Origin: Eledone cirrhosa
Taxonomy: Eukaryota
DNA: 64,000 nt
Direction of reading: 5' to 3'
Assembly: GCA_964016885.1 (NCBI GenBank)
Contig: OZ024740.1
Location: 159,278,001 to 159,342,000, forward strand
Numbering within the stretch: the stretch's first letter is position 1; the number at the start of each line of letters is the position of its first letter. Below the pieces are notes generated by a model that saw nothing but the letters and a program-made list of their open reading frames with translations, did no database searches and had not been told where the DNA came from. This document shows positions 1 to 13,260 of this stretch, in pieces. Both the position numbers and the translations under genes were made by a program.

Positions 1-261
1 TAATTGAACACACTGACATTTCACAGCACGACTACATAATACCAGCACCAATCAAAACACCAACGAACATAAGACTGGTAAGAATTACACAGAAACAATA
101 CACAAACATTAAAACGAAATTCCCCAACGCACTTGGTGATTTCAGAGACCTAGAAGGGACTCTCAACCGGAGAGTATATTCGGACATACTCATAGAAGAG
201 CCGACAACCAGCCGAAGGGATGATTCAACGGTCCCTTCACCAGACGATCAAGTGAAAAGGG

Positions 262-3040
262 ATGGAAAAACCATCCTTCCTCTACGAAAAGTACGGAAAG
301 TGGTCTTTCCCATCTTTTCCACTCCATTTTAAACATGACCTCACTCAGAATAGGAAGCATAAATGCGCGTGGTCACTAAACATAGATGTAGTGGCCATCA
401 GCGAGACTAGAATCTCCGAAGCACGGGCCTTCGCACCGATCTTCGGCGGCTACGATGTGTACGCATCTCCCAGCCGTCCTGGATCGGGGGGACGAATTGC
501 TGTACTTTTACGGAGAGGTTTGGAACTCGCCATACGAGCCATCTTCCTGGATCCAGAGGGTAAGTTGGTGGTGCTGGACGTAACCAGCGGAGACGGGAAA
601 GCTTTCAGGCTAGTGGCCGTCTATGCCCCGACAGGAGCAGGGCGGCCTTATTTCTTCCGGCGTCTGGAGACCTTTCTTGGAACGTCCCGCTCTTTAGTGT
701 TTGTGGGCGACTGGAACGGGATCTTAGATGCACGCTGGGACTGTGTGGGATTAGCGGATAGGGGTGGAGGGTGCAAGAGCCTCACCAACCTGCTCAGGCG
801 TTTTGAACTGTCTGACATGTACCGATTGGATTTCCCGAATGTGCCAATGTGGACTTGGACAAATCGCATAGGGTCATCCAGATCATATCTAGATAGAGTA
901 TTTTGTATGGAAATAGATAGGTCTAGCATAGGCTGTCCACAATTCAATATAGTCAGCTACACGGACCACAAATTCGAGATCTGTGTGCTTGACTTAGATA
1001 GGCTTCATAGACGAGGACCCGGCTACTGGAAGCTATGCGTCCTTAACAGCGCGCAAGGCCTACAGGGACCGGATTAGCAAACTAGTTAAGCGAGCGTTGA
1101 CGGGGGCCATTGTCAACAACAAGTGGTGGTTTGCTCTGAAAAGAGCGATTAGAATAGAGTCCATTAGGTTTAGTAAGGCTTTAGCAATAGAGAAAAATAG
1201 AGTAGAGGGAGAACTAGTTAGAAAATTAGACGAGGCGCTTAGCAAAGGCATCGCGACCGACGTGCTTGCGGCGAAATTGGCCCTTGACCAATTCTTCAAT
1301 GCAAAGCACGAAGGCTGCGTTGTCAGAGCTAGGGTGCGTGCTCTCAGACACGAGGGGACGAAAGCCGTTCAATGGGCCCGAGTGGCGGAGGCGCGTCGTG
1401 GCAACAAAGCCACGATCCGGTCTTTGGTGGACCACGATGGGCGCATGCTACTCGATCCCGGGCAAATGTGTGAAGCTTTTCAGCCACACTTCGCTCAGCT
1501 GTTCGGGGGCAGCGGTGGGCCGGGTCGAGGGATGGACTTTAGTGTCTACCTCGACGAACTGCCGCGGCTCTCGGCCACTGAGGCGGAGTGTTGCGAAAAG
1601 CCGATAACAGCCGCTGAAGTACTGGAGGCAATGATTGGCTGCACAGAGGGTAAATCGCCTGGTTTGGATAGTCTGCCCTATGAACTTTACGTACAGATGT
1701 CAGACTTGTTAGGAGGCCTCTTGGCGCACGTCTACTGCAACTGGCAACAGAACGGGAGAATTCCCAGCTCTGTGAGCCGAGGAGCGGTGGCACTGCTGAG
1801 AAAGGATCCGAACAAGGGGGATAACATAGATAATTTCAGGCCCATAACTCTGATAAACACAGAGTTCAAGATTTTGGCCAAGGTGCTAGCAAAGAGGATG
1901 GCGCTTGTCGTTGGTGGTCTGGTGGGAGAGGCGCAGACATACGCCATTCCCGACAGATCCATCCACGACAACCTCCACCTCATGCGATACATCGTAGAGA
2001 GGGTAGCTGGGGAACCTGGCACGGGTGGGTCCTTGATCAATTTAGATGAGTCGAAAGCTTTCGATAGGATCGACCATCGTTACCTAGCGGCAGTCCTGAG
2101 GGCGGCTGGCTTTGGGCCCGTCTTAAGAGGCTGGATCGCTGCCATGCACAGCGACATCTGCTCTGTGGTGAGAGTGAACGGTCACCTTTCAGAACCGTTC
2201 AACATCATGCGCTCGGTCGGCCAAGGATGTCCCCTCTCGTCCCTCTTGTACGTATTGACTCTCGAGCCATTACTGCACAAACTGGAGACGTTGAGGGGGG
2301 TCCCGCGCGAACTAGGATGCGGAAGATCCGTGTCAGAATATGCGGACGATGTCACCGTAGTGGTGTCGAACGCCAAACACATCGAGGCGATCGGCACTAC
2401 ACTAAGAGAATACGAAGTGGTGACAGGAGCAATGATCAACCAGGAAAAGTCAGTGGGACTGCAGCTCGGCACCTGGAGAGGCAGGTCCATGCCGTCCAAC
2501 AGCGTCGTCGGACGTTGGACGGACGGACCGGTTAAATTTCTAGGGGTCTAGTTCGGTCCGGACCTCCAGACGGACAAAAACTGGGACGAGGTGACGAGCA
2601 GGGTGGCTTCTCTCACCCAGAAATGGGCGGAGAGGAAGCTATCCCTGAAAGGTCGAGCGGAGGTGGCTAACGCGTACATCGCGTCTGTCATCTGCTACTG
2701 CCTGACCGTCGTACCTTGTCCTAAACCCCGCCTGACTGCGCTGGAGCGTTTGCTCTTTCGCTTTTTGTGGAAGGGACGCGCTCCGATGGTCAGGCGATCC
2801 ATCAGCTGTCAACACCCGCTACGTGGAGGGCTGGGAATGCCGTGGCTGATGATGCGCAGACACGCGCTCAGGCTACGACATCTCCACCTCTTCCTCGACG
2901 GTGATCAGGTGTGGTCGCCGTTTGCTAGACACGTATTTCCCCAGTTCCTTTCCTTGACAGAGCTGCAGTCCTGGGTCAAGCGAAGACCGAGAGGGAGTGC
3001 CTGGAGACTGGAATGTCTTCAGGCGCTCACACCCCTCGAC
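262..3040 (+). mobile_element. L1/Tx1-clade LINE ORF2 remnant (APE endonuclease + reverse transcriptase), frameshifted, with an in-frame stop and 3' truncation
   Basis: APE motifs (ISETR, VYAP, VGDWN, SYLDRVF, TDH, GPGYWKL); RT motifs (KSPGLDSLPYELY, NFRPITLIN, KAFDRIDH, QGCPLS, YADD); GGLGMP. Frameshift near 1040-1090; TAG at 2549-2551 in place of an expected Trp (GV*FGP). Confidence 0.93.
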
Positions 3041-3347
3041 CAATGGAAGCATTTTTCAATTGGAGGTGGGGCAAATTTTGTCCTTTTAGTTTTAGTTTAG
3101 TTTAGAAGTTATTATAAAAAAAAAAAAATTTGATTTGCGATAAACATAACATGTACACGAATTGTAGCGCATATTCAAATAGATGTCTTTTTTTTTTTTA
3201 GTTTGGGGACAAAAATAAAATTATTGGTGTGGAGGGGGGCATGGCAGAACACCGCTAGAACAACAGGATGATGATAGTCGTCTAAAACTCATACTGTAAT
3301 GAGACTGTTTGCTTGCAAACGAATCGAATATTATTATTATTCAATAT

Positions 3348-3535
3348 GCGGTGGATTGGCAGTATCAGTAGAGGGTCGGACGCCATGCTTTGACGCATAG
3401 AGTTACGGCCCTTGCCATTCTGAGTTCAAATCCCGCCGAGGTTAACTTTGCCTTTCATCCTTACGGGGTCGATAAAATAAAGTACCAGTAATACACTGGG
3501 TATTTTGCTGGCCTTGTGCCAAAAGTAGAAACAAT
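3348..3535 (+). mobile_element. tRNA-derived SINE family A, full length
   Basis: A-box-like TGGCAGTATCAG, B-box GAGTTCAAATCC, conserved body (TTTGCCTTTCATCCTTACGGGGTCGATAAAATAAAGTACCAG), ATT tail, TSD TTATTATTCAATAT; more than 12 copies in the window. Confidence 0.9.
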
Positions 3536-4940
3536 TATTATTCAATATAAAACTAACGAATACATGTACATATCCGCTATGTTAGAGCGAAAACTAACTT
3601 TGTTTTAAATTTAATCTTAGATACCTTTTAAAATACCGGACGGTCCCAGTTGGCTTAATGTAGTTCTTTTTCGTGGGAGAGAGGTGCACTTAATTTTCTA
3701 TGGAGTCGTGAGGGCGACTCTGCGTGTGTTGTTTAAATTAAAACAGGCGAAGCCTCAGTACTGAACACACAATTTTTTCAAGTGAGAGAGAAAAATGTTA
3801 CCAAAAGTAGAAACAAGTATATCTATCGACCTCGAAATGATGAAAGGCAAATTTGTTTTCGGCAGCTTTTGAACTCATAACACCGTGAGCCGGAACAAAT
3901 ACTCCAGCATTTTTAATCCGATACCCTAACTACTCTTCCAATCCACAGGTTTGATATGGTGTTAGAAACACTATATTTCTATTTTACAGACGACGTTGAC
4001 TAAACAACACCAACAGCATGAAAAACAATAGCAAATCAAGGTAGAAAAGGGTATTAGGGCAAACACTCCTTTTAACTTAGTGTTCGAGTTTAAATCCTGC
4101 CAAAGCTAATTTACCTTTCATACATTCGGTGCACTAGTTTATATATATGTACGGGATTACTCGTAGGACTGGAGGTGTGCGTGTGCTTAATTGCTCATGT
4201 GTGTATATGAGTGTGCATGTGGGTATATTTATGAATCCGTGAGTGTTTCTTTTTGCGTAAACTACGATGACAACACCGATAGACAACTTCAGAAGCACTC
4301 TTTAACAGTAGTAGTAATAGTAGGGAATGGTGGGAGTAGTATTAGTAGTGGAAGTAGCGGTAGTTGTAGGAGTAGTAGCGGTGGTGGTCGTTGTAGTAAT
4401 ATTAGTAGTCGTGGTGGTAATAGTATGTTGTTTAGCCCCAGGTCAACCTTAATCTAGCAGTCTCAGACCTATGACAAAGGGCATTCAGCTGTGAAGGCAC
4501 ATCCCGTCAGTCTCCTATGTGCAAGACCACATTCAACAACAGAATAATAGTGTGCTCCGAGTGATGCTTGGCTGCTATTTCTAGCCTTGCCAGTAACCAC
4601 TTAGAGGCTCCAGGTGGTGGTATTGCAGAGATGTAGAATATACAGTGTTGCCTACAGATGTCGTTGCTGACGTAGTCTACATAAGAATATCAGCAGTAGC
4701 GGTGGTAGTGGTAGTGATTGTAGTAGTGGTAGTAGTATCTGTAGTAGTAGTAACATACACCTGTGTGTATGAACGTATATGTAGGTATGGATGGATATAT
4801 ATTTACGTGTGAATGTATGTGTGTATGTATGTCTATATATATATATATATAATTTAGAAAATGTGAGAGAAACACAGACACAGACACAGGGACAATTCCC
4901 GCTCATCGGCTGACTTCTGTGGATCACTGATGTTTCGAAA

Positions 4941-4941
<1 letters not shown>

Positions 4942-4991
<50 letters not shown>

Positions 4992-5027
4992 AATATATAT
5001 ATATATACCTATATATACCTATATATA

Positions 5028-5118
<91 letters not shown>

Positions 5119-5120
5119 AT

Positions 5121-5199
<79 letters not shown>
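4942..5199. repeat. (TA)n microsatellite
   Basis: Direct reading. Confidence 0.95.
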
Positions 5200-5200
<1 letters not shown>

Positions 5201-5201
<1 letters not shown>

Positions 5202-5517
5202 GTTGCTTCACCATTTTGTTTGTTTACCCTCGCGTCCCCTTTATTTACGTGTCCCAACGACTTTTTTTAGCCGTTGCTCGCACCAACCGGAGGTATATGG
5301 TCTTTAAAGCGATGAAATGCCTATGATGGTTGGAAGATCACTGATGAAGGACACAGTTTTTTCATATGTAACCCATTTGCAACTCCGCACCATCATAGGC
5401 ATTTCATCGCTTTAAAGACCATATACCTCCGGTTGGTGCGAGCAACGGCTAAAAAAAGTCGTTGGGACACGTAAATAAAGGGGACGCGAGGGTAAACAAA
5501 CAAAATGGTGAAGCAAT

Positions 5518-5519
<2 letters not shown>
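5201..5519. mobile_element. Fold-back element with ~130-bp near-perfect inverted arms in (TA)n; probable PLE terminal-repeat derivative (family F1)
   Basis: 5201-5330 is the reverse complement of 5389-5517; CTGATGA at 5341 in the spacer; related sequence at ~16010-16420 and 55985-56850. Confidence 0.75.
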
Positions 5520-5562
<43 letters not shown>

Positions 5563-5566
<4 letters not shown>

Positions 5567-5785
5567 GGAGGTGAGTTTTGGGTTTTATTGTAGTACAATA
5601 AAGCAATGCAGATATCGGATAAGAAGCACTCTACAGTTTGTAGGACTGGAGTATACATAATATATAAGACCAAAAGATGGTTAAATGAGTTCCATGTATT
5701 TTATTATGCGCATTTGTTTTTGAAATGCGCATAATAAAATACATGGAACTCATTTAACCATCTTTTGATCTTATATATTATATAT
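5563..5785. mobile_element. Asymmetric fold-back element (family F2), internally deleted relative to the 33843-34180 copy
   Basis: Inverted arms about 5662-5714 / 5722-5780 with the same outer ends as 33843-34180. Confidence 0.8.
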
Positions 5786-5827
5786 ATATATATATATAGT
5801 TATGTAATAAACAACATAAGGCAATTA

Positions 5828-5888
5828 TTTCATTTACCAGTGGTTTCTTGAAAGCAAACAAATTTTGCTTTCAATCATCAGAATGAAA
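5828..5888 (-). ncRNA. Type I hammerhead ribozyme (family F3)
   Basis: Minus strand reads tttcatt CTGATGA ttgaaagcaaa-atttg-tttgctttcaa GAAA ccactgg TA aatgaaa: 7-bp stem I, 11-bp stem II, short stem III, GUA site. Confidence 0.85.
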
Positions 5889-6379
5889 AAATCCTGGTGT
5901 ATTTATTGACATTGGATTTAAAAACAAAAATATAATATATATGAAAGTGAGGCTGGAAAAGGAAGAAGGAAAGGAAAAATAAACACACATGCACACACAC
6001 ATACACACACACAAATGCATACACACACATATATACATACACATATATATACACATACATACACATACACACACACACACACACATATGTATATATATAT
6101 ATATATATATACATACACATACATATACATATACATACATACACACATATATATCAACATATCCATACATACACATACACACAAAAACACAAACACGCAC
6201 ACACACACACACATGAATATATATATATATATACATACATACACACAATCATACATATAAACACACTTACATACACATATATATATATACCTGTATATAC
6301 CTCTCTCTCTCTATATATATATATATATACCTATATATATACCTATATATATAGATATATAGATATATAGATATATATA

Positions 6380-6462
6380 GATGAGATTCTACAGGACTAG
6401 AACTGTTTCATTCTTTAGAAATCATCAGGAATCTGATGATTTCTAAATAATGAAACAGTTAC
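6380..6462. mobile_element. Short fold-back with two back-to-back minimal hammerhead-like cores (family F4)
   Basis: CTGATGA...GAAACAGTT on + (6433) and on - (6428); homologous to 8258-8430. Confidence 0.6.
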
Positions 6463-6486
6463 CTATATATATATATATATATATAT

Positions 6487-6678
6487 ATAGGAACGTGTAG
6501 GACCCCGACGGCTGAGCTCAAGCCGTTTCGACGGCTAATTGTGGACAGAATTAGCCGTCGAAACGGCTTGAGCTCAGCCGTCGGGGTCCTTCTCGTTCCT
6601 ATTACACACTCTACTACCCTAAGTATTGAGTACTATGGTGCGTTATGTTCCATCTGGTTCCTTACCACATTTCCTTCG

Positions 6679-6680
<2 letters not shown>
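6487..6680 (+). mobile_element. Asymmetric hairpin element (family F5)
   Basis: Palindrome centred about 6545 (GACGGCTAATT..AATTAGCCGTC GAAAC) with an unpaired tail to 6680; copies at 40221, 48027 and 63555. Confidence 0.8.
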
Positions 6681-6736
<56 letters not shown>

Positions 6737-7419
6737 GGGTGCGCGTGCGCGAGTGCATGCGTGTGTTTACGTGTGTGAATTCGTATACATGTGTGTGTGT
6801 GTGTATACTTTATTTCCTGATCAACCCTATCAGCCACGAACGTCCTGTGTATTCATTTTCATTTCTTATTCACAGACAGTCTTATTAGGGCCACATCATC
6901 AAATGTATACGTCTATCCTGCCTTTATTTTTTCACATTTATTACTTATGGCAGTAGCTTGGGATTTGAGAGATTTTGGCTGCTATTTCTAGAAGATTTAA
7001 TGTCTGCGGAAAGATTCTCTTATAGTCTCAGGTATTTGTATGCATGTGTGTGTGTGTGTGTAAGTGGGGGGAAGGGGTAGAAGGCAACGTCATCTGACAT
7101 CCACAACTCCACCACCACACCACCATCACTACCACCTCCACTAAAAACGACACGAGTAACACCACCACCACCACCACACAAACACACATCACTATAATTC
7201 CCATTTTGACAGCACGCACGCCTCACTAATATAGACGCACTGCATTGTCGTATGGTGCACCGGGACATATATCGACAGTGACATTATCTGGGGGTTATTG
7301 GGTGTTTTGGGGTCTTTCAACAGCAAGCCCCCCCCACACACACACACACACACCTAGGCATCCGAGGCATAGCTGATGAAGCGCCGGCTTGCGTCCAGGT
7401 GGTACTACCCCAAATAATG

Positions 7420-7637
7420 ATTTCTACTATAGACACAATGCCACCAATTTGTGGTGCGAGAAAAGTCGATTAGATCGACCCCAGTGCATTACTGGTGCTT
7501 TATTTTATCGACCCCGTAAGGATGAAAGGCAAAGCAAACGCCCGACGGGATTTGAATCCAGAACGTAATGGGCCATAACTCTATGCTACAAAGCATGATG
7601 TTCGACGCTCTACCGATTCTGCCAATCCACCGCCCTT
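7420..7637 (-). mobile_element. SINE family A
   Basis: Reverse-complement match to 3348-3535; 17-bp TSD TACTACCCCAAATAATG. Confidence 0.88.
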
Positions 7638-8257
7638 ACTACCCCAAATAATGCTACCTATTCCGTTTCACACCCACTTTTAAAGCAACATATGTTACAT
7701 TTATGGCTATCTTCATGTCACTTCGCCTACTGGCTCTGGTGATACCCAGAACACTGTAGACTGTGCGAAGTGACTGACCTTCAAATCCTCTCCATCCTAT
7801 CCCAATGGGCTCACACCTCAATCCCTAGTTATTGTTTTGGCATACTTCCACCAGCCCTGCATACTTCAACCTTTTCCTTTCACAGTCCTCCTCAATATGG
7901 TCCTTTGGTGACATAGAGTGTTCTAACAATTACTTTCTAGTTAGCTTCAAAGAACAGTACCATGTCGTAGCGACAGTTTTCGGAAGCCTCAGATACTTTC
8001 CAAGATCAACTTTCAACACATTGTCTGCTGCAGTTAATAGGAGGCGAGAAGATGGGGCTAGAAGAGATAATTGTAACAGTTGATTTTACCTTCTCTACAG
8101 CTTTACGAAAGTCATGGTTCTATTTGCGAGGTGGAGGTGCTTCCAATAGTTATTCTCACTGCAAATGGTATCTGCTATGGTATGACCTTCAGAACATGGT
8201 CATGACGCCTCATCCAGGGCTCCAAAATACCCCCCCCCCCCATATATATATATATAA

Positions 8258-8430
8258 TATAGAAATGGTTTCTACAGGATTAGAACTGTTTCATTCGGGA
8301 TTTCCTGATGATTTCTTCCGAATGAAACAGGTCTAGTCCTATAGAAGCCATTTCTATATTAAATATTTATACTCTACTATGTATTGAGTACCTTATTTAC
8401 TGTGGATGCTCCCGATTCAACCCGGGATAC
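8258..8430 (+). mobile_element. Asymmetric fold-back element (family F4) with a minimal hammerhead-like motif at 8298-8339
   Basis: ggatttc CTGATGA tttc-ttcc-gaat GAAACAGGTC tagtcc; short inverted arm 8258-8298. Confidence 0.65.
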
Positions 8431-8433
8431 ACA

Positions 8434-8510
<77 letters not shown>

Positions 8511-9255
8511 TTACATCTTTGACTAACGAAGTTGGAGGTTGCCATTTTGTGGAGGAATGAATAGGAATAAGTTAAATAAACCACAAGACGGAATATGTCG
8601 GTGTGTATTGGAACCATTTGCATGTCAAAAAATATAAACTTGCACGTAACTGACCACCAACAGAATCAGTTTCATCTTTCTAGGAGGTCGTGCAAACATA
8701 ATATGCTCCACCCTTTCTTCCAGCCCAAGCAAATAAAGTTAAAAAAACGCATAACCAACCATCTCACCAACACCACCAGCACCACTTAAAAAACAACACA
8801 CCATTCCGACCACACCATCACTACATTAGCATTAAATTTCTACCACTATAACACGAACATCAACAACACCAGTCCCATGTGTCTCGGAGGACATAGTAAA
8901 AAAGAAGATCACACAAACATCAGTAATTGAAAGTAAATTAAAAACAATACACGAGATGAATACGATTTGTGTGTGTCCCTGCGCGTTTGATTCTACAGAA
9001 ACACACACATGTATTTACATAAGTATACATATGGTCTTTGTTTTTTATCATGTAAACTTTGAAGTTCGATGAATTATTTAAATGGCAACTACGGACTAAA
9101 GAGGGGTGTTAAAAAAAGGGAAGCGAAATACATAGCTATAGAGAGAGCATTTTTTATGACAACAGCTGAGCGTCTCAGGTAAAGTTAGTAGTACGAGAGA
9201 CGAAGAGATATAAAACACGAACAAATTGCCGGTGTGTGTGTGTGTGTGTGAGAGA

Positions 9256-9297
<42 letters not shown>

Positions 9298-9314
9298 GAT
9301 AGAGAGAGAGAGAA

Positions 9315-9375
<61 letters not shown>

Positions 9376-9542
9376 ACAAACTCCAGTACTGGATTGATAC
9401 TTTTTTTATCGACCTCGAATTTGAACTCAGAGCGCAATGTGAGGAAACAAATACCAAGGCACTTTTAATCCGACCCCATAACGCTTCAGCCAATTCACTA
9501 CCTTAAAATTGTTCTACACCATTAAAAAATGGTAGATAGAGA

Positions 9543-9590
<48 letters not shown>

Positions 9591-9837
9591 CGGGGGTAAA
9601 CGATAAATGTACCCTCATTAGTAAAGGGAAGAGTTAAAAAGCACGCCACCAACTGAGGAAAAATATTGTTACATAACAAATGTGAGGGGGGGGGGGGGAG
9701 AAACATCCATAGACAGAAACAAACGTTTAAAAATAAGCAATATATATTAGATATAATTATATTAACCACAATTACTCACATAAAACACACACATATAATA
9801 TATATGTAAGTCATATATATATATATATATATTATTA

Positions 9838-10036
9838 ATGAGTTCAAAACTCAGGCAGTCCTTTACAATGAAATAGCTCAAAGAAAGAAGTATTTCTGAG
9901 CCGTGTAATACAAGTTAATATAAATTAATATATTTGATAAACACAAATACCAACATATCCATACAATACAATGGTACAATACAAACATGGATATGTTGGT
10001 ATTTGTGTTTATCAAATATATTAATTTATATTAACT

Positions 10037-10040
<4 letters not shown>
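9838..10040 (-). mobile_element. Asymmetric fold-back element (family F6)
   Basis: Inverted arms about 9908-9960 / 9989-10040; its tail resembles those at 41476 and 41978. Confidence 0.7.
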
Positions 10041-10133
<93 letters not shown>

Positions 10134-10170
10134 TATTCATATTTATATATATATACTTATATATATATAA

Positions 10171-10326
<156 letters not shown>

Positions 10327-10582
10327 TTGTCTGTGTGAACATAGAGAGAGGAGAGAAAGAGAGAGTGAGGGAGAGAGAGAAAGAGAGAGGTGGAGCGAGA
10401 GAGGGAGACAAATGTTTAAGCTTGACCCCCGAGTTTATATGTATTAATATCTATATTTATTTTAGAGTCTACAAAGTTGAATAATGGTCTTTCTAGTCTG
10501 TAATTAGTAACATTTTATCCATATAAATACATACACATACTTATATATACATATATGCTTGTACGTATGTTTACATGTATGG

Positions 10583-10667
<85 letters not shown>

Positions 10668-10948
10668 AGTGTGTGTGTGTCTGTCTAAATATTGGCGAAT
10701 GTATGTATGTATATCCAAATATCTTCCTATGAAATATGTCCTATTAAGTCCCGTCATTAGAAACTTTTCCGTTCATGTTTCATAAAATTTTGTTTCGAGA
10801 CAAACAAATTTCAGATAACTTGCAGTTTTAACCGAAGATTTGTGAATGTGTGCGTTATACCATGTATGTATGTATGTATGTATGTATGTATGTATGTATG
10901 TATGTATGTATGTATGTATGTATGTATGTATGTATGTATGTATGTATG

Positions 10949-12188
10949 TCAGGCCACCAGTTGGTGCTACTGGTAACATGTATCCCAGTACAACCTGTCT
11001 CATGGTCGGGTCGTTGGCGACTAAACTGGCAACCCCACCAAGGTTTCTTGGTGAGGAGGGTGGCTTTGGACATCCTGCAGGACTAAAAACAAAACCTGTC
11101 AAAAGGCAAAGGGGCTCTTAAGAGTCAATAGCTATCCAAAATCACCGGGAGAGATGACCCCTTAGCCTTTGTCAAGGCAGAATTCTAGGAGAAGGAAAAC
11201 TCTGATATAACACCTGCAACTCTGATGGTATCCAATGATGTTGAATTGTTCTTCTTTTTGGTAAATATCATCTTGGTTAAGAGAGTGGGACTGGCTTTGT
11301 GCAGTGCCTTTGCTCACTATAAAAGCTTCACAGCACAGGCATTGCTTTATATCTGGAGATCTCTCTGCACTTGTCGTCACATGGTACCATGGGCCCAGCA
11401 CTATGTGTCAATAATTGTCACAGGTGTAGTGTTTGTACCAGAGTTTTCAAGTCGCTGGCTGGACTAAAAAGTCACTCGTTCAGCGCATCGGTAGGGGTTC
11501 TCCTATATGGATATAAAGTAGTGGCCGTACTCGAAAACGAGTTGGCAGCCACCATGTATGTATGTATGTATGTATGTATGTCAGGCCACCAGTTGGTGCT
11601 ACTGGTAACATGTATCCCAGTACAACCTGTCTCATGGGCAGGTCGTTTGCGACTAAACTGGCAACCCCACCAAGTTTTCTTGGTGAGGAGGGTGACTTTG
11701 GACATCCTGCAGGACTAAAAACAAAAGCTGTTAAAGGGCAAAGGAGCTCTTAAGAGTCAATGGCCATCCAAAATCACCGGGAGAGATGACCCCTTAGCCT
11801 TTGTCAAGGCAGAATTCTAGGAGAAGGAAAACTCTGATATAACACCTGCAACCCTGATGGTATCCAATGATGTTGACTTGTTCTTCTTTTTTTTTAAATA
11901 TCATCTTGGTTAAGAGAGTGGGACTGGCTTTGTGCAGTGCCTTTGCTCATTATAAAAGCTTCACGGCACAGGCATTGCTTTATATCTGGAGATCTCTCTG
12001 CACTTGTCGTCACATGGTACCATGGGCCCAGCACTATGTGTCAATAATTGTCACAAGTGTAGTGTTTGTACCAGAGTTTTCAAGTCGCTGGCTGGACTAA
12101 AAATTCACACTCGTTCAGCGCATCGGTAGGGGTTCTCCTACATGGATATAAAGTAGTGGCCGTACTCGCAAACGAGTTGGCAGCCACC
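10949..12188 (+). mobile_element. Tandem dimer of a ~605-bp non-autonomous RTE-derived element with (TATG)n tails
   Basis: Copies 10949-11553 and 11581-12188 are near-identical; the 3' part encodes a C2H2-like remnant CSVCTRVFKSLAGLKSH; flanked by (TATG)n. Confidence 0.75.
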
Positions 12189-12854
12189 ATGTATGTATGT
12201 ATGTATGTATGTATGTATGTATGTATGTATGTATGTATGTATGTATGTATGTATGTTAGTACGTACCTATGTGCAGACATGACTGTGACTTTAAATTTTG
12301 CGTCGCAACTACGTAATTCTGGATTCAGTTGCGAGGCATCTTGGGCAAGTGTTTTAACACTTTTGACACTAGCCCAGCCAAACAAGGCACTCGTTCTACA
12401 AAACAAGGCCACCCATTTAAATTGATTTTTGCTTAAATTAAATTGTCCAACATATACGAACCATATGTTAAATTACTATCTTAATGAAATAATAAAATAT
12501 ATAAATCACTCAAAATTCTTCATAAATTCATTAAAATAGAGTATATCAGATATACTGTCATGATACTTGAACTATTTTTTGATTATCCTGAAAATTCCCG
12601 GATATTAAAAAATAAAGTCACCATACACAATTCCATTTTTCTTAACTTGTTTATTGTTAGACTGGCTATGCTGGGGCACCGCTTATATTCAGTCGATCAT
12701 ATCGATTCCAGGACAATTTTTCGGGTACTTATATTATCAATCAGTTTTGTTGAACTGTTAGCTTACAGGACACAAGCACGCCCACCCACACACACGCGTT
12801 TGTGGTGTGTGTATGTAAATTTCTATACACATTTTCCTTCCTTCTCATCCCATC

Positions 12855-13260
12855 CTCATGTCTTATGGACCAGCACTTTCCATCTTTACCTGTTTCTTGC
12901 CATTGCCGTACATTCCGCCACACTCCATCCTATCCATTCCTTAATATCATCCATGCATCTCCTTTTCTGCCGTCCCCTCACCCTTTTCCCCTCTATTCGT
13001 CCCTCAAGGATGTGGTTAGTCAAATTTTGGGCTCTGATAATATGACAAAAATATTGAAGTTTCCTTTTCTTTACTATTGGCAGCAATCTCTTCCAGGACA
13101 GGTTCATTCAATATCTGTGAGTCGTCCAGCTAATTCTAAGTGCAGGCCTATAGCATCACATTTCAAATGCACTCAGTCGTTTCAAGTGAGATTCCTTCAA
13201 AATCCATGATTCGCAACCATATAGAGCTACCGGCCTCACTAATGTTTTGATTACTTTTCA
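12855..13260 (-). mobile_element. RTE-clade LINE 3' fragment
   Basis: KKRKLQYFCHIIR..ILEGRIEGKRVRGRQKRRCMDDIKEW, typical of the RTE C-terminus. Confidence 0.85.

Noticed and set aside
4925-4945. CTGATGTTTCGAAAGTA as an ultra-minimal hammerhead
   Set aside because: A9 is missing, and there is no stem II or stem I.
5320-5350. SECIS-like ATGA..AA..TGAT
   Set aside because: The helix is far too short for a SECIS element.
7372-7395. CTGATGAagc-gccg-gct
   Set aside because: No following GAAA.
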